From NCBI RefSeq assembly GCF_006345805.1, contig NC_042999.1:140058001-140122000 (forward strand): 64,000 nucleotides of DNA, read 5' to 3'. Under the pieces are notes generated by a model, which ran no database searches, was not told where the DNA came from, and worked only from the letters and a program-made list of their open reading frames with translations. Source of the DNA: Octopus sinensis (Eukaryota). This document shows positions 13,391-25,950 of this stretch, in pieces. The first letter of the stretch is position 1. Every line of letters begins with the position of its first letter. The translations under genes and the position numbers were made by a program.

Positions 13391-14020
13391 TAAAGGATTA
13401 TTTATAGCAAATATATATATATTAGTATATTTTACATCCATATTTTTCCATCTTGCATTGTTATATGCAGAATGTTATTTGAGGCATTGTTTTACAGCCA
13501 AATACCCTTCCTAATGCTAACCTTTGCTAATTTTTTAAAGTAAGGGATCTCTTACACCACATGTCTTTGAGGCATGAAATGACTGATTTCTTGACAGGCA
13601 CACTGACATCATCTGCTGCAATTTTCATGCATTCGATCATAGATGTAAATACATACACACACAAACATCAATCTTCTTTACAGTTGCTATCTATTGGATC
13701 CACTAATAAGGTTTTGGTTGGCCCAGTGCTATAGTAGAAGACTGTTGCCCAAGGCACTGTGCAGTGGGACTGAACTCAAACCAAGTGTTTGAAAAGCAAA
13801 CATCTTAATCACACTGCCATATATACTTGTGTAATTATTTGATTTCCTTTATTCTAGCTACACTGCAGTTTCCTTTAGACTATATAATTGATTTTATTAA
13901 TAAAAACTTCATATCTTTCTAAATTTCTCTTTAGTCAATAAAGTAGACACTGGTTTACTTTCAAAATGATTTTGGCTGTCATATTGTCTCTATTATCTCC
14001 CTTCCTCCATTTCTTCTTAC

Positions 14021-14048
14021 CTGAGATTAAAATTTAACAATGAATCAC
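14021..14048 (-). CDS. Candidate 28-nt internal exon (GDSLLNFNLR, phase 1-2)
   Basis: Acceptor tttcgttttataatcag and donor CAG|gtaaga. Only one frame is open, and it joins the 18970-19011 exon in frame. Confidence 0.5.
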
Positions 14049-14398
14049 CTGATTATAAAACGAAATTTTACATTTGACCCCAAACTACATATTGCTTTAT
14101 ATAAGTCTCTTCCATCTCTTGATTTCATAAGTCAGCATAGCCTTTTTTTCACTAATTGTCCTTTACTCTTCCTTTCCCCATTTCTTTTTTATTTTTCATT
14201 TTTCTTTGCTTCTTACAAATTTTGGTTCTAATAAATGATATACAGGATGTTTATAAATTTAGCAACTGTAGTTTCTTCTGAAGGGGTGAAATAATTGAAA
14301 CAGACAGTTTTTAATAAAAGTTTGAATAAATTTAACAGATTCTGTTATTAATATTGAGTTCTATTTTTAATTGTGGATTGTACAATCAGGTTTATATA

Positions 14399-15666
14399 CA
14401 TAGTGTTCAGGCTAAATTTGACAGTTTGCATAAAAGGGAAAGAAAGCAATATCCCATCCAAAAACAAAAGTATTTTTTAAAATATAAAAGATATCAACTA
14501 AATTATGGTTAGGAGATAACAATCTACTAAAATCAGCTACCTTCAGCATCCACCATGACCTCAAGACAGATGAGGAACCTGCACATGCCTTCCTCCCTGT
14601 GTCCCTGAGAAAATCTTCAACACCGCCTTGATCTTGGTCACCAGCTCAGCCTTGATGTTCCAGGCAGAGTGATTAGTGCTTTTCTCAACCAGGCATCACA
14701 CATTAGTAATCTATGGGATTTCAATTAAGGGAATTAGGAGACCAGAAACTGGGGCTGTTGGAGTTGTCGAAATTCTCTGTCAACTATTTCTGACTCTTTC
14801 TGGAAGTATGACAAGGAGTTGAATCCTGCTGCCTTGCATATGGCCTTTCTGTAGCAACCTTCTCTGGCAGCAACTCTCTCCAACCAGGGTTTGACCACAG
14901 TTGCCAGCAGCTTCACATAGCTGTCTAGATTGGAACCTAAGGCTCTGTTCAAAGATGTCACCCTCACTGGAGACACACCCAAAGACCATCACAATTTGTA
15001 AGAACTTGGTCATAGTGGTATGTAGGACATAACATGAATTGTAGGCAAGCCACCTGTTGTTTTGGGTGTTGTACAGCTGATAAAAGTTTTTGTCATCTGA
15101 GAACATCAGATCATCTCTGGCTTAGCAGGATGCTTCATCTTGTTTAGGAGCTTCTTTGTCTTTGTCAAGTAGTTCTCCTTGACCTTGGCTGTCAGAATTT
15201 GCTCCTTGCACTTCTTGTATGAGTTGAAGCAAAGCTCATTCAGAGCCAGCTTCATGGTGGTGACTCCAACACTCATCTCTCTTCCAAATCCCAGATTCCC
15301 TTGCTCAGATCTTTCATCCCATTGTCATGTAGTAATTGGATAAACTTCAAAATGTGAACGCAATCACAATGCGTGTTGTGTCCTTTCCCGCTGGTCATGG
15401 CTTTGTAGTCTCTGTTGTAGAGTTCACAGAGCAATGAACACTAGTCATGATGTTGGCATTTTGAAATCTAGAACAAATCATTATGATACAGGTAACTTTT
15501 TTCCAATATTCAGATGGCTTCCTGTCCTCCATGTCAGCAAACGTTTTCTCAACTACAACTTTCAGCTTTATTCTTTCCAATGTTGCTGACTGTTTACCAA
15601 TACATCAAGCTATTCCTGAAAAGAGGAGACATAAAAAAAATCGTCAAACTTAGCCTGAACACTTAG
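14399..15666 (-). mobile_element. Full-length decayed IS630-Tc1-mariner element of the DD37D (maT) family
   Basis: TIRs catagtgttcaggctaaatttgac / gtcaaacttagcctgaacacttag with flanking TA. The transposase pseudogene (about 15532 to 14528) has FSDDK, QQDSTPCHT and NPIDY. I counted 37 codons between the second and third Asp. In-frame stops are present. Confidence 0.9.
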
Positions 15667-16199
15667 TATATAATGTAATTTAATACACCTGGCCAGGGGA
15701 AAAATAATATCTTCCTTGAAAACAGGTGAGAGATGTCAACTCTCTTTATTTGTATTATGACCAGTTACTTTGTTTTCAAAGATGTTAAGTGGCAATAAGA
15801 AGAGCATCTAACTTTAAAATCCTGCCTCAAATTAAATATCATCAAAATATGGTAACATAAATGAAGGAAGTTAAATGAACAGAGAAGTAAATGTATGTAT
15901 ACAGTCACACAAAACATAAAGTCAAGAGCAGGAGAGGTGGCTTCCATATGATTACAGCTGCTTCATAACTTTCTTAATGTAATATTTTACACACACCGAT
16001 ATGTTCATTTAACATTGGTTTTTCTATGCTTGCTGGGTTGGACAAATATTATTTGGAGCAATATCTTACAGCCAGATGCCCTTCCTGGTGCTAACCCTTT
16101 TCAGATGGAGATACCTTATTCCACACAGCTTCAAATGCATGAAGTGCCAGGATGATTTGTCGTGGAAACTGACATCATCATCAATTGTTGTCTTTTGTG

Positions 16200-16660
16200 C
16201 AAATACTATTTTTTAGTATTTTGTAAGAGTTAGGTAGGGTATTTTGTATGCATATTTAATTCTTTGACTCTTCTTGCGTCATGGGCTCTATTGTAGTATG
16301 GTACCACTTCCTTACTAAATGAAAAAGTAAACAGTCTCCCACTCATTATTTACTGAGTTTTTGAATACTCTTGTTAAGTAGTAAGAACTTTTGTCTATGG
16401 AGGATAGTTTCTTATTGAGTTTTCAAAATGGTTTATGATGGTTGGAGGCTTAATTTAGTGTAATATCTAAGAAATCTACACCAGTGAAGTTGGTTGTGAT
16501 AGTTATTTTATGTCCAAAGATGTAAAATGCCTGTATTAGGTGTTTCCTATTCATGTCCTTAGATATAATTGGCCTCTCATCATCTCTTTATAATTTGAAG
16601 TCTATAGATGAGAATTTTTTGGTGGGTATATCTAAAATGTAACTGCAAGATCACTTACTA
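16200..16660 (-). mobile_element. Penelope-like reverse transcriptase fragment
   Basis: Minus-strand remnants FKL.RDD and KITITTNFTGVDFLDITLN match the PLE LYRDDG and FLDI motifs. Confidence 0.7.
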
Positions 16661-17319
16661 CCCAGGCTAATGTCAAAGACGCCTTTTGTCTTCCATCCAC
16701 ATCATATATTAATACTATTGATGCTACATTTTCTACACACATTAACTGTCATCTTTAATACCTGACCATTCCTAAGCTTACTTGCACCTTTATTTCTTTT
16801 GAAAGTTAACATTACACACCCAGCACATCACACTCAATTCTGTAATACTCCCTTAATCAATAGCCATGACTCACTACCATACAACGTTACATATCATGCA
16901 TGTTTCATGCATTATACTTTTTGTACATAGAGCTAAATCTGTTGTTACTAAACTGTACTTATTTTATTAGCCAGTGTGCTGTGGAAATTAAGTACTTTAA
17001 GCCGTCCCAAGCCTTCCTATACTGGTGAGGATATGACTTCAATTTATAGAGTTGCTGGTGAGATGTTGGGATGGAAAACATGGATGAGAAAAGGTGTGTT
17101 CTTAAGGGATGATGCAGAATTGTTTAGAGGGAAAGGGTCTAGAGGAAGATAGAGGTGAGACAGTTGGGAGTGACAGAAGCTAGTGGAAGAAGGGAGAAAG
17201 ATGCATTGATTATGCTTAGGTGAAATTTGGGGAGTTGGGTGATAGGGCGATGCATATAGTTTTAAAAGTGCATCACTGCATCATTTTGCCTATATTTTGT
17301 GCAATCATGTGTGTATGTT

Positions 17320-18830
17320 GTTATGACTGTGTGTGTATGCATGTACATGCTTGTATGCATGCATTAAACTGTGTTTTGTCTTTCGTATTGATTAGGTTTT
17401 TCAATAAAAGCAGCACCAAGGTGTTCTCTTGTATACTTCTGAATCTGGTGGTGGGGTTGATTTTGTTGTTGGTGGTGATGATTATGAAGTAAAGAGAATG
17501 TTTAAAGCAGCTGGTTTTTGTTTTGGTAGTAGTATACAGATTATTTGTAGCAATACTGCTGCAGTGTTTGTGTGTCTGTGTGTGTGTTAGTAATACAGAT
17601 GCCATAGTAGTACACATGTGGTAGTATTACTTGATAGTGTGTGTGTATACAAGTATAGTAGTATTGCTAAATATAGTGTGTATATGTGTGTGTGTATGTA
17701 ACAACACACTAGTGTAGTACTACTGCTAAATGTGTGTATGTGTGTGTGTGTGTGTGTGTGGCTATTTAAAACATTGTTTTTTTATGTTTTAGTGTAATAT
17801 TACTAGTTGACGTGCTGCATAGTTGAATTGTTTAGTGCTGTGTGTATTTGTGTTAGTACTTTCTGATGCTGCATGTGGAGGTAATATTGTTATATACATT
17901 ATTACTGTACATGTGTTTAGTAGTAGTAGTACTTACTATATAAGGTGTGTGATGGTGACACTAACATACTGTGTGTAGACGTACTGCTTGTGGAGGTTTG
18001 TGCGTTTGTGTATAGTTGTACAGGTTGTTGAAGTAAGTGTGGTATTACTGATTGTAGCAATGTGTGTAGTAGCAGTACTGCTTATGGTAGTACTACTTGT
18101 GTGTGTGTTGCCTGTAATAGTATGTGTGTAGCAGTACTGCTTGTGGTAATAAGTGTATTAGTATTACTTGTAGCACTGTATGTGGTAGTACTGTTTGTAG
18201 CAGTATATGTGTGTTAGTATTGCTTGAGGCAGTAAAAGTGCTAGTGCTGCTTGGGGAAGTGTGTGTCAGTATTTATTGTAGCAGTTTATGTTGTAGTACA
18301 GCTTATATTAATGTATGCACGTTATTGTGTATGTAATTGTACAGCTTCTGATAGAGTTTGTGTTTGCTAGTCCTTCTAGTGACAGAATTATGTGTTAGTA
18401 TTACTTGTTGATATCTGTAACAGTGTGTTTGATAATACAGTTTATGATTCTATGTATAGTTATACAAGTTGTGGTAGTGTATGTGCTAGTAAAAGTATGT
18501 GTGTACTAAGTAGTACTGTCTGTATTCTACTGTTGCTTGTGACTATTATAATACTTTTAGTAGTGGTACATGCGATAATAATGCTAGAAGCAGTGTCTGT
18601 GGTAATTCTACTTGCAGTATTGTGTGTGTGTGATAAATTACAGTTTGTAGCAGTGTCGCAGTCATCATGTGGTTGTACAGCTGATAGCTGTGGATGTGTG
18701 ACAGTATTATTTATTGCAGCATATATGATACTGTTGTTTGTTGGAATGTGTGTGTGTGAGTGTGTACACGTGTATGCTTCATTGCTGCAATGTATGTAGA
18801 AGTACTTGTGGATTATGTATTTGCACAACT
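17320..18830. repeat. Cryptic simple-sequence region (decayed GT/GTA/TGTA repeats)
   Basis: Strong G+T strand bias with recurring gtagta and tgtgtg motifs, and no higher-order period visible. Confidence 0.8.
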
Positions 18831-18969
18831 TATGTAGTCCTAAGTATTGTCACTCCCACTTCAACTTATAATTTGCAAATGGTGCTGTGGGTATGCTATC
18901 AGTGGTCTTGAGTTCAGATGTACTGTTGGTGCATTGTTGTGTGTTTGGGCAGCACACCTTAACCTTTAC

Positions 18970-19011
18970 CTATCAGTCTATTTACAGTTATTTGGGAAAT
19001 GCACCAAATAT
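18970..19011 (-). CDS. Candidate 42-nt internal exon (DIWCISQITVNRLIG, phase 1-1)
   Basis: Strong acceptor cttccttctcttctcag and donor AG|gtaaag. Only one frame is open. Confidence 0.5.
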
Positions 19012-19513
19012 CTGAGAAGAGAAGGAAGCTTAGTTCAATGGAAAGATTCATTCTCTTAATGCTATGAAGCCAGAACTAAGAATCACTGATCCTTAAACAC
19101 CATTTAGGCTTAGATATTTTTTTGCAACCATCTGTTTGAAACAGACTAATGCATCAGAAAATTTATCTTAAATTTATATTGCCCTTAACCATTTGTCTTA
19201 AATCCTTGAATTTCAAAGTGATGTTCTAGACACTTTATTTGCATGTTCAAGACACTGTTTGCTCAGAACTATTTGATTTGCAATCCCCATATCAAGGAAG
19301 CAGGCTGAGACTATACACAACCACAACTATCTTAACAGCGAACCATTCAACAAAATTCAGTCAACCTGCTCAATGTTAATTCTCTTTCGATGGCAAAAAT
19401 ATTCTTTCACAAACTACCAAGTGCCTATCAGACCCCTCAAAAAAAAAAAAAAAAAAAGGGATGCCAAATGCTAAAAATGCTGATTTAATCAAACTCAATG
19501 ATCAGTTATTTAC

Positions 19514-19563
19514 CATTGTGTATAGGAGTATTTCTACTTAATGATTCAGATAGCTTCAAATGT
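19514..19563 (-). CDS. Candidate 50-nt internal exon (HLKLSESLSRNTPIHN, phase 2-1)
   Basis: Acceptor tatttctcatttaacaactag and donor G|gtaaat. Only one frame is open, and it joins the 18970-19011 exon in frame. Confidence 0.45.
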
Positions 19564-19584
19564 CTAGTTGTTAAATGAGAAATA

Positions 19585-19969
19585 TGGAAGCACTCCGTCG
19601 GTTACGACGACGAGGGTTCCGGTTGATCCGAATCAACGGAACAGCCTGCTCGTGAAATTAACGTGTAAGTGGCCGAGCACTCCACAGACACGCGTACCCT
19701 TAACGTAGTTCTCGGGGATATTCAGCGTGACACAGAGAGTGACAAGGCCGGCTCTTTGAAATACAGGTACAACAGAAGCAGGAAGTAAGAGTGAGAGAAA
19801 GTTGTGGTGAAAGAGTACAGCAGGGATCACCACCATCCCCTGCTGGAGCCTCGTGGAGCTTTAGGTGTTTTCGCTCAATAAACACTCACAACGCCTGGTC
19901 TGGGAATCGAAACCGCGATCCTATGACTGCGAGTCCGCTGCCCTAACCACTGGGCCATTGCGCCTCCAC
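19585..19969 (-). mobile_element. Young full-length tRNA-derived SINE (third family) with a 12-bp TSD
   Basis: Minus-strand head gtggaggcgcaaTGGCCCAGTGGttagggc...GGTTTCGATTCC (box A and box B). TSD aaatgagaaata at 19573-19584 and 19970-19981. CpGs are retained. Confidence 0.92.
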
Positions 19970-21851
19970 AAATGAGAAATAAATGAGAGACAAATTCACT
20001 AATCTTGCTGAGATTGGACATGAGAAATTTTTAGTGTGAAATAAGAAGTAATAAAACAATTTAATGTTAACTAATGATTCAATTGAATAGTTCATTTACA
20101 AATAATAAACAATCAATTATAATATTTAAAAATTTTTTACACATCTCTTGATGTTTCTATGCTCATGTTTTGAGTTCAACACTCAATGTTGCTTTGCTGC
20201 TCGTATTTAATTTACTTGAAGTAGCAGTTTCTTTATCCTTATAAATGTGCTAAGAGCTCCTTGTTTCCACTACAGTGTTTCCCTTTTCCTTATAAATTTC
20301 TTAATAGCTCATGTGAAATATATTTAGATCTGCAATAACCTTTCTACTTCATTTGAAATTTGAATTTTTGAGTTCCAAAAATCTCATTTGCTGTCAGTGA
20401 AAGATGTAAGAGTTTCCATTGTGATATCTTAAGATTTTTCGTTGTGTTGAATCAATTCATAATGAATTAATTCAAAAGTTTTAAGACAAATGAGTAGCAG
20501 TGAGAATGTAAAAACGATATGCACACAAAATGTCAACATTCAAGTTAACTGAATGATTGAATGAACAAGACATTCACAGGCACATTGTCAAGATATATCT
20601 TGATAATTTAACTTTTAAAGCAATCCTTATAAATGTTTAGCATTTTTGTGCAATTAACTATTTTAGTTTTCATTTTTAATTTATTTTTTAAATATCTTTA
20701 AAGCAGTGTGTTGTTAAGTAGGAGATCATTAAATATGATATTACTGTTTATTTCTACTCCAGCAGAGATGATTGACATTCTCCAGTAATAATGATAACAG
20801 CTAGAATTTGAACTAGGTCACCAATTTGTAAAAGAAAAATATAGTTCTTTTAAAGTGTTCCCAATATAATTACTAGTACTTTATTGATTTTGTGTGGAAG
20901 AAAGGCAAAGTTGAGGGACAACTAAATACTATAAGATATTTAGTCCAGTGTTTTGCTATTTTACCAATATATCACTCACCATCAGCATGAATAACAATCA
21001 CAAATCAAGAAAGGAACCTTTATGTGATCATTCAGCCTGGTAGAAATAGCAACAAGATTTCCCTCAGATCACCCTTCTCATCTTCAAAAAGCTGCTTTGG
21101 CTAATGTCAACCAAAGCACTCTATATTTGAAAAGAAGAAAAAGGAAACAAAGAGAAAAGATGGAATTGGGCATGTCTGATGTTTCTGTCATGAGTCTGCT
21201 CAATTAAAGCTAACGGGTTGGGGGAGGGGACTCATCACCAATAATTTTAACTTTGATAAATTCACATTTTGTGCCGATTAAAAGTACAAGACCATTGTTA
21301 TTGCTTTGATTCGCAGTGTTAGAAAATAAGAGCCAGAAACATTCTGTAGAATTTTGTTTTGCCCTACTACATTTTAAGTGCCATAAATGCACTGGGTTTA
21401 ACTCAGTTGATTATATCTCTCCTCTTATAAACTTGTGGCCATAAGCCAGTATGAGACATTATTAGCATTATAAATATTTGTGAATGCTTTTTTTCTTGTT
21501 GTTTTCTTTAAGCCCTTAAAATCAACAACTCTGGCACACTTTTCAACAGATATCTATTTTTCGTTTAGGTTTATGACTAATTACATGTCAAGTCTATGAC
21601 TTATTTTTAAAAACACCCACTTCCAAGTATTATCCAATATTGCTTACGATAGCAGCTACACAATACACTGCTTTGAAAGAATACAAGCTCTCGTAAAAGT
21701 CACGATCTTTGTTAATTTATATTAACCTCTAAAGTGGTTACAATAACTTATAAACTACTTATATTACTAATAGCAGTAAGTGACAGGCACTTCATTTTTC
21801 AGGATATGAAAATGTGGATATGCTTGAGTTCTTTATTGTTTTGTCAGCAAC

Positions 21852-21877
21852 TATATATATATATATATATACATACA

Positions 21878-21915
<38 letters not shown>

Positions 21916-21951
21916 AATATATATATACATATATATATACTATATATATAC

Positions 21952-21986
<35 letters not shown>

Positions 21987-21999
21987 CATATATATATAC

Positions 22000-22058
<59 letters not shown>

Positions 22059-22107
22059 TATACACATACATATATACACACGCGCGCACACACACACACA
22101 CATATAT
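21852..22107. repeat. Compound (TA)n/(TACATA)/(CG)/(CA) microsatellite
   Basis: Seen directly. Confidence 0.95.
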
Positions 22108-22299
22108 TAGTTGTGATGTGAGGCAATGGAACAGCAAATTTAATAGAACATTGAAATAAAATCTTTGCAGCATTCAACTCCATCCCATTTCATTCTGAAT
22201 TCAAATATATGCAAGTTGATGAAATTAGTACCTATAATGTAATGCAGTTAATTTATTCCTTCATGTATGTGGCTGTGTACTGAAGTATAAGACATTATT

Positions 22300-22712
22300 A
22301 CATCATTCCTTGTGGGGACTTGAGAGTCAAAGATGTCTTTTAGTATATCCCTGATGAAGTGATGACAAAAGACTTTTAGCTGCTGGGCCTCACTGAGGAA
22401 ACAACAAGGGATCGGGAGTTGTGTTGATTTGCTGTACTTGAGAAGACACTCCAAGCTAAGTAAAATCGCTGTCATCCATATATACAGGCTTGTCTTTTAC
22501 AGGTGCTGATGCCATATAAAATGTATTCCTGCCAGTGCAGTGTAAAGCACCTAACATGCTCTGTAAAGTGGATAGTGTTAGGAAGGGCGTCCTACCATAG
22601 AAACCATGCTACAACAGACACTTGGAGTCTGGACAGTTTCCCAGCTGATGGGCCCCATGTCAAATCATCCAACCCATGCCAGTATGGAAAACAGACATTA
22701 AATGATGATGAT
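22300..22712 (+). mobile_element. RTE LINE 3' end with an ATG-repeat tail
   Basis: DEVMTKDF.LLGLTEETTRDRELC.FAVLEKT remnant, then the conserved 3' UTR ccaacccatgccagtatggaaaacagacattaaatgatgatg. Confidence 0.8.
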
Positions 22713-22929
22713 CTCTGTTTTATAAGACAAAATCCTGAGCTGAAGGGTGGTCAATAAAATAAGGAGCAAATGAGTTGACCCAATTGATTATACTTCTTCC
22801 CTATATGCTATTGTGCCAAAGTTAGAAATTATTATTGCTGTTGTGATAAGAAGTCAAAAGGGTTACTTACAGTGACTTATCTAACTGCTTGACTGCACCA
22901 GGTTCAAATCTTACTAGGGTTTACTTCCA

Positions 22930-23900
22930 ACTCTTTAGAGTTAAGAAACTAGGTCACGGGCAATTTGGTTGATTTAATGTTCGTATTCCTCTCCTGCAGT
23001 AAATTGGCTTTAGATATGTTTGATAAAAGCAATGTTGTTGCCCTAGCCATCAGCAAAACCTTTGACCATGACTGTGTGGAAATCTATCAAAAATTCCCCT
23101 TTACAGGCTCTACCTACCTTTCATTTCTTGGATCAGTTGCTTCCTATCAGATTGCACCATCACAGTGTGTGTTAAAATAGTTCCACTCTGTTACCTCTGG
23201 TATGCCTGAGAGTTTGGTTTTGTTCCTCTTTCTTCTTTCTATGCATCAATGACCTACTTGCCACCACATCCAACAGCATCAACTCTTATACACTTGATAT
23301 GACTTTTCATTCCTCCCTAGCCTTCTCCAACCACAACACTCATACATAACCTAGACATCACACACCAAACCTACACTGATTCTATGAACAGAGACCTGGA
23401 GAGTATCTTCTAGTGGGGCCATGCCAATCTTGTCTCTTAACAGTAAAAAACTCATGCACCACCCATATCACCATTGCATTCCCTCCCACAATGAAACATG
23501 ATTGGCATTCAACCAGAACCCTAATGGCTGCTACAAATGTTAGACCTCATTTTCACCAAAGATTCTTCAGGGTGAAAGCACATCCTTAACACAGCTAGGT
23601 CTGTATCCCAAAGATTGGCCCTTCTCTTCAGGGTCAGAAAATATTTAATCCACCAACAATTGCTGACAGGCTTACAAAATTCAAATGAAATTCACAATGG
23701 AATATTGCATTCGCATCTGGTACAGTGCTGCTACTATATACACATAGACATTATGGATCACTTGACTAACTGCAGTAAATTACTCCTAAACACACACCAT
23801 CCTATAGCTTACAAGTCTCCTCTCTCTCTGCTTTTTCTATCTCTATTATAATGGTCTCTGTTCCTTGAAGCTGGCTGGTTTCATATCTCCTCTGTGCAGA
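22930..23900 (+). mobile_element. Decayed CR1/L2-group LINE RT fragment
   Basis: SNVVALAISKTFDH, CINDLLATTSNSINSY (degenerate YADD) and LLFRVRKYLIHQQLLT motifs. Confidence 0.7.
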
Positions 23901-24000
23901 CATTCCCAACCCACATAGTTTCTTCACCTTTCATTACCCATGTTGTGCCTCCCCCCTCCCTCACCCCATACCCTGCAATAACCACTGTATCCAGTCTTTC

Positions 24001-24256
24001 CTCCCCAGAACGCATACCCTCTGAAATCTACTCATGTTCATGTCATTCTTCCAGGTGTCGACTTGCAGTAGTTTAAATGCGATATGAAAAACAGCAGCCT
24101 CATCAGCATTGAAGGGCTTGTAAAAGATCTCCCCAGAATGTGTACCCTCTGGAATCTCCTCATGTTCATGCCATTCTTCCAGGTGTCGACTTGCAGTAGT
24201 TTAAATGGGATATTAAAAGCAACAACTTCACCAGCTTTGAAGGGCTTGTAAAGGAT
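24001..24256. repeat. Diverged 128-bp tandem duplication
   Basis: ctccccagaa...gaagggcttgtaaa(a/g)gat begins at 24001 and again at 24129. Confidence 0.9.
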
Positions 24257-24281
24257 ATGGGTACTGCTCTTCCCTCTAGAC

Positions 24282-24505
24282 CAGTGTTTCTCAACCTTTT
24301 TACCCTTGCGTAACCCTTAAAATAAATTACATGTCTTAAGGAACCCCTGCACAAAAAAAAAAATATATACTATATCTTTCTCGTATTTTTTTCATCATAG
24401 TTCATGTGGTAAATAGCATTAGCCTGTCTCACTCTTTTTCGTGGAACCCCTAGGAACCATTTGCAGAACCATAGGGTTTCGGGGAACCCTGGTTGAGAAA
24501 CCCTG
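24282..24505. mobile_element. hAT/Charlie-type MITE (224 bp)
   Basis: TIRs cagtgtttctcaacc / ggttgagaaaccctg, with a perfect 8-bp TSD CTCTAGAC at 24274-24281 and 24506-24513 (the NTCTAGAN target typical of Charlie elements). Confidence 0.92.
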
Positions 24506-25612
24506 CTCTAGACCCAGCAAATAAAAACAAAAACAAATTGTCAGTACGCCATTTTTTTCAGACATGGTATATTTAAGACAACATTATCCTATTTTCGAGA
24601 ATTATATGTTGTGATTCGAGGAAAATGTGGCTGTTATTTCTGGCATGCAGAGCAACTGCATACAAGTTTCTTCATAGGTTTATCTAGTTGTATGTTAATG
24701 GTGGTGGCAGTGGTAATGATGCTATCCAATGATTAATGGATGGGTTGGGTACTTTTGCAGTGCTGAGTTAAAATTCTCTTGTGGGCATGGAAAATATTAT
24801 AGGAAGGAATGGATGGAAACCACCTTCAGCTGGTAGTCACTTGTTAATCATAATTTGGTCTATTGGGTCCCTCTTTGAGCTCAAATGTCCAACAAAGCTT
24901 GTCATCATCACGGTCATTTTAATGGGCCACTTTTCCATGCTTTTGGGATAGTCTTGTTTTATCTCTTATCTACTGATGACTCCCCCTCTCTCTTCTGATC
25001 ATCGTTTTAGCTAAGCCTTGGTCTTAAAGGTGGCGTGGGAGGCTTAGGAGAAATATTTTGTTTGGAAATATATACATGTATATATTTTTCTAATAGTTAC
25101 AATGGATTGCATGGGAAATTTGTGGCAATAAGTTTACTTTTAAAATGATAACAGTCATATTAGCTGCTGATTATTAATAATAAGGTATAATAGTTGTAAT
25201 ATATTTGTCAGTGAGAACTGGTAATAAACAGGATTGAGTGTTTTACAGTCTGAAGATAATATATGTCAATTATAGCTTGATTAATTAATTACAATTTTTG
25301 TTGTGACAAAATGTAATGTGTTTGTATTGAGTCAAAAGCATAATTTGGTATAGGATGAAGAGAGATAAGGGAGAACTAACAGAATTATGGTGGTATTTAG
25401 AAAAGGGCGTGAAGATAGTTAATTGTAGTGGGAAAGATAACATAACTCCTCCCAGCTCCCTGAGTTGATTATGACCTGCTGTGCTATAGAAGTAGGGAAA
25501 ACAGTATGCCGGATATATTAGTTGTTGTTTAGTCCCAAGCTGCTCTGTGTCAAGCAGACCTATGATCAAAAAGAGCAGTCAAACTATGACCTAATTTATT
25601 TTCTTGTGAGTA

Positions 25613-25950
25613 GCAGGGCCAGATTAAGACCCATCGAGGCCCTAAGCACTTAAAAGATTTTGGTGCCCCCATAAAAGATTATGTAATCCAAAATATAAAC
25701 AATAACAAACTATAAAATAAATTTTTATTTTTCAAAATGAAACAAACCAGTAAGAAGGAAAATAATGTTTATTTTTGTATACTTCCACTTTATTTATATT
25801 TGAAAAGTTTCCTCCTACTTTTTTGAATTGCAAAGTCTTTGATTGGATCCTCAAAATTAATCTTAGATAACATATCTGCATCTATACTTAGTAGAGATAA
25901 AAGCATCCTGGATATTATTTTAGCAAGTTTAAAGTGATTTCTTTTGTGCT
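25613..25950 (-). mobile_element. 3' end fragment of an hAT element
   Basis: Terminus cagggccagattaagacc. The minus strand reads LLSIDADMLSKINFEDPIKDFAIQKSRRKLF, like an hAT C-terminal dimerisation tail. Confidence 0.65.

Noticed and set aside
17220-18828. Cys/Ser/Val- or Thr/His-rich ORFs on both strands
   Set aside because: They are stop-poor frames caused by decayed GT/GTA simple sequence, with no domain signal.
19890-19969. tRNA gene
   Set aside because: Box A and box B are present, but the sequence continues into a SINE body bounded by a TSD.
21792-22183. ORFs rich in YI repeats
   Set aside because: They are translations of the (TA)n microsatellite.
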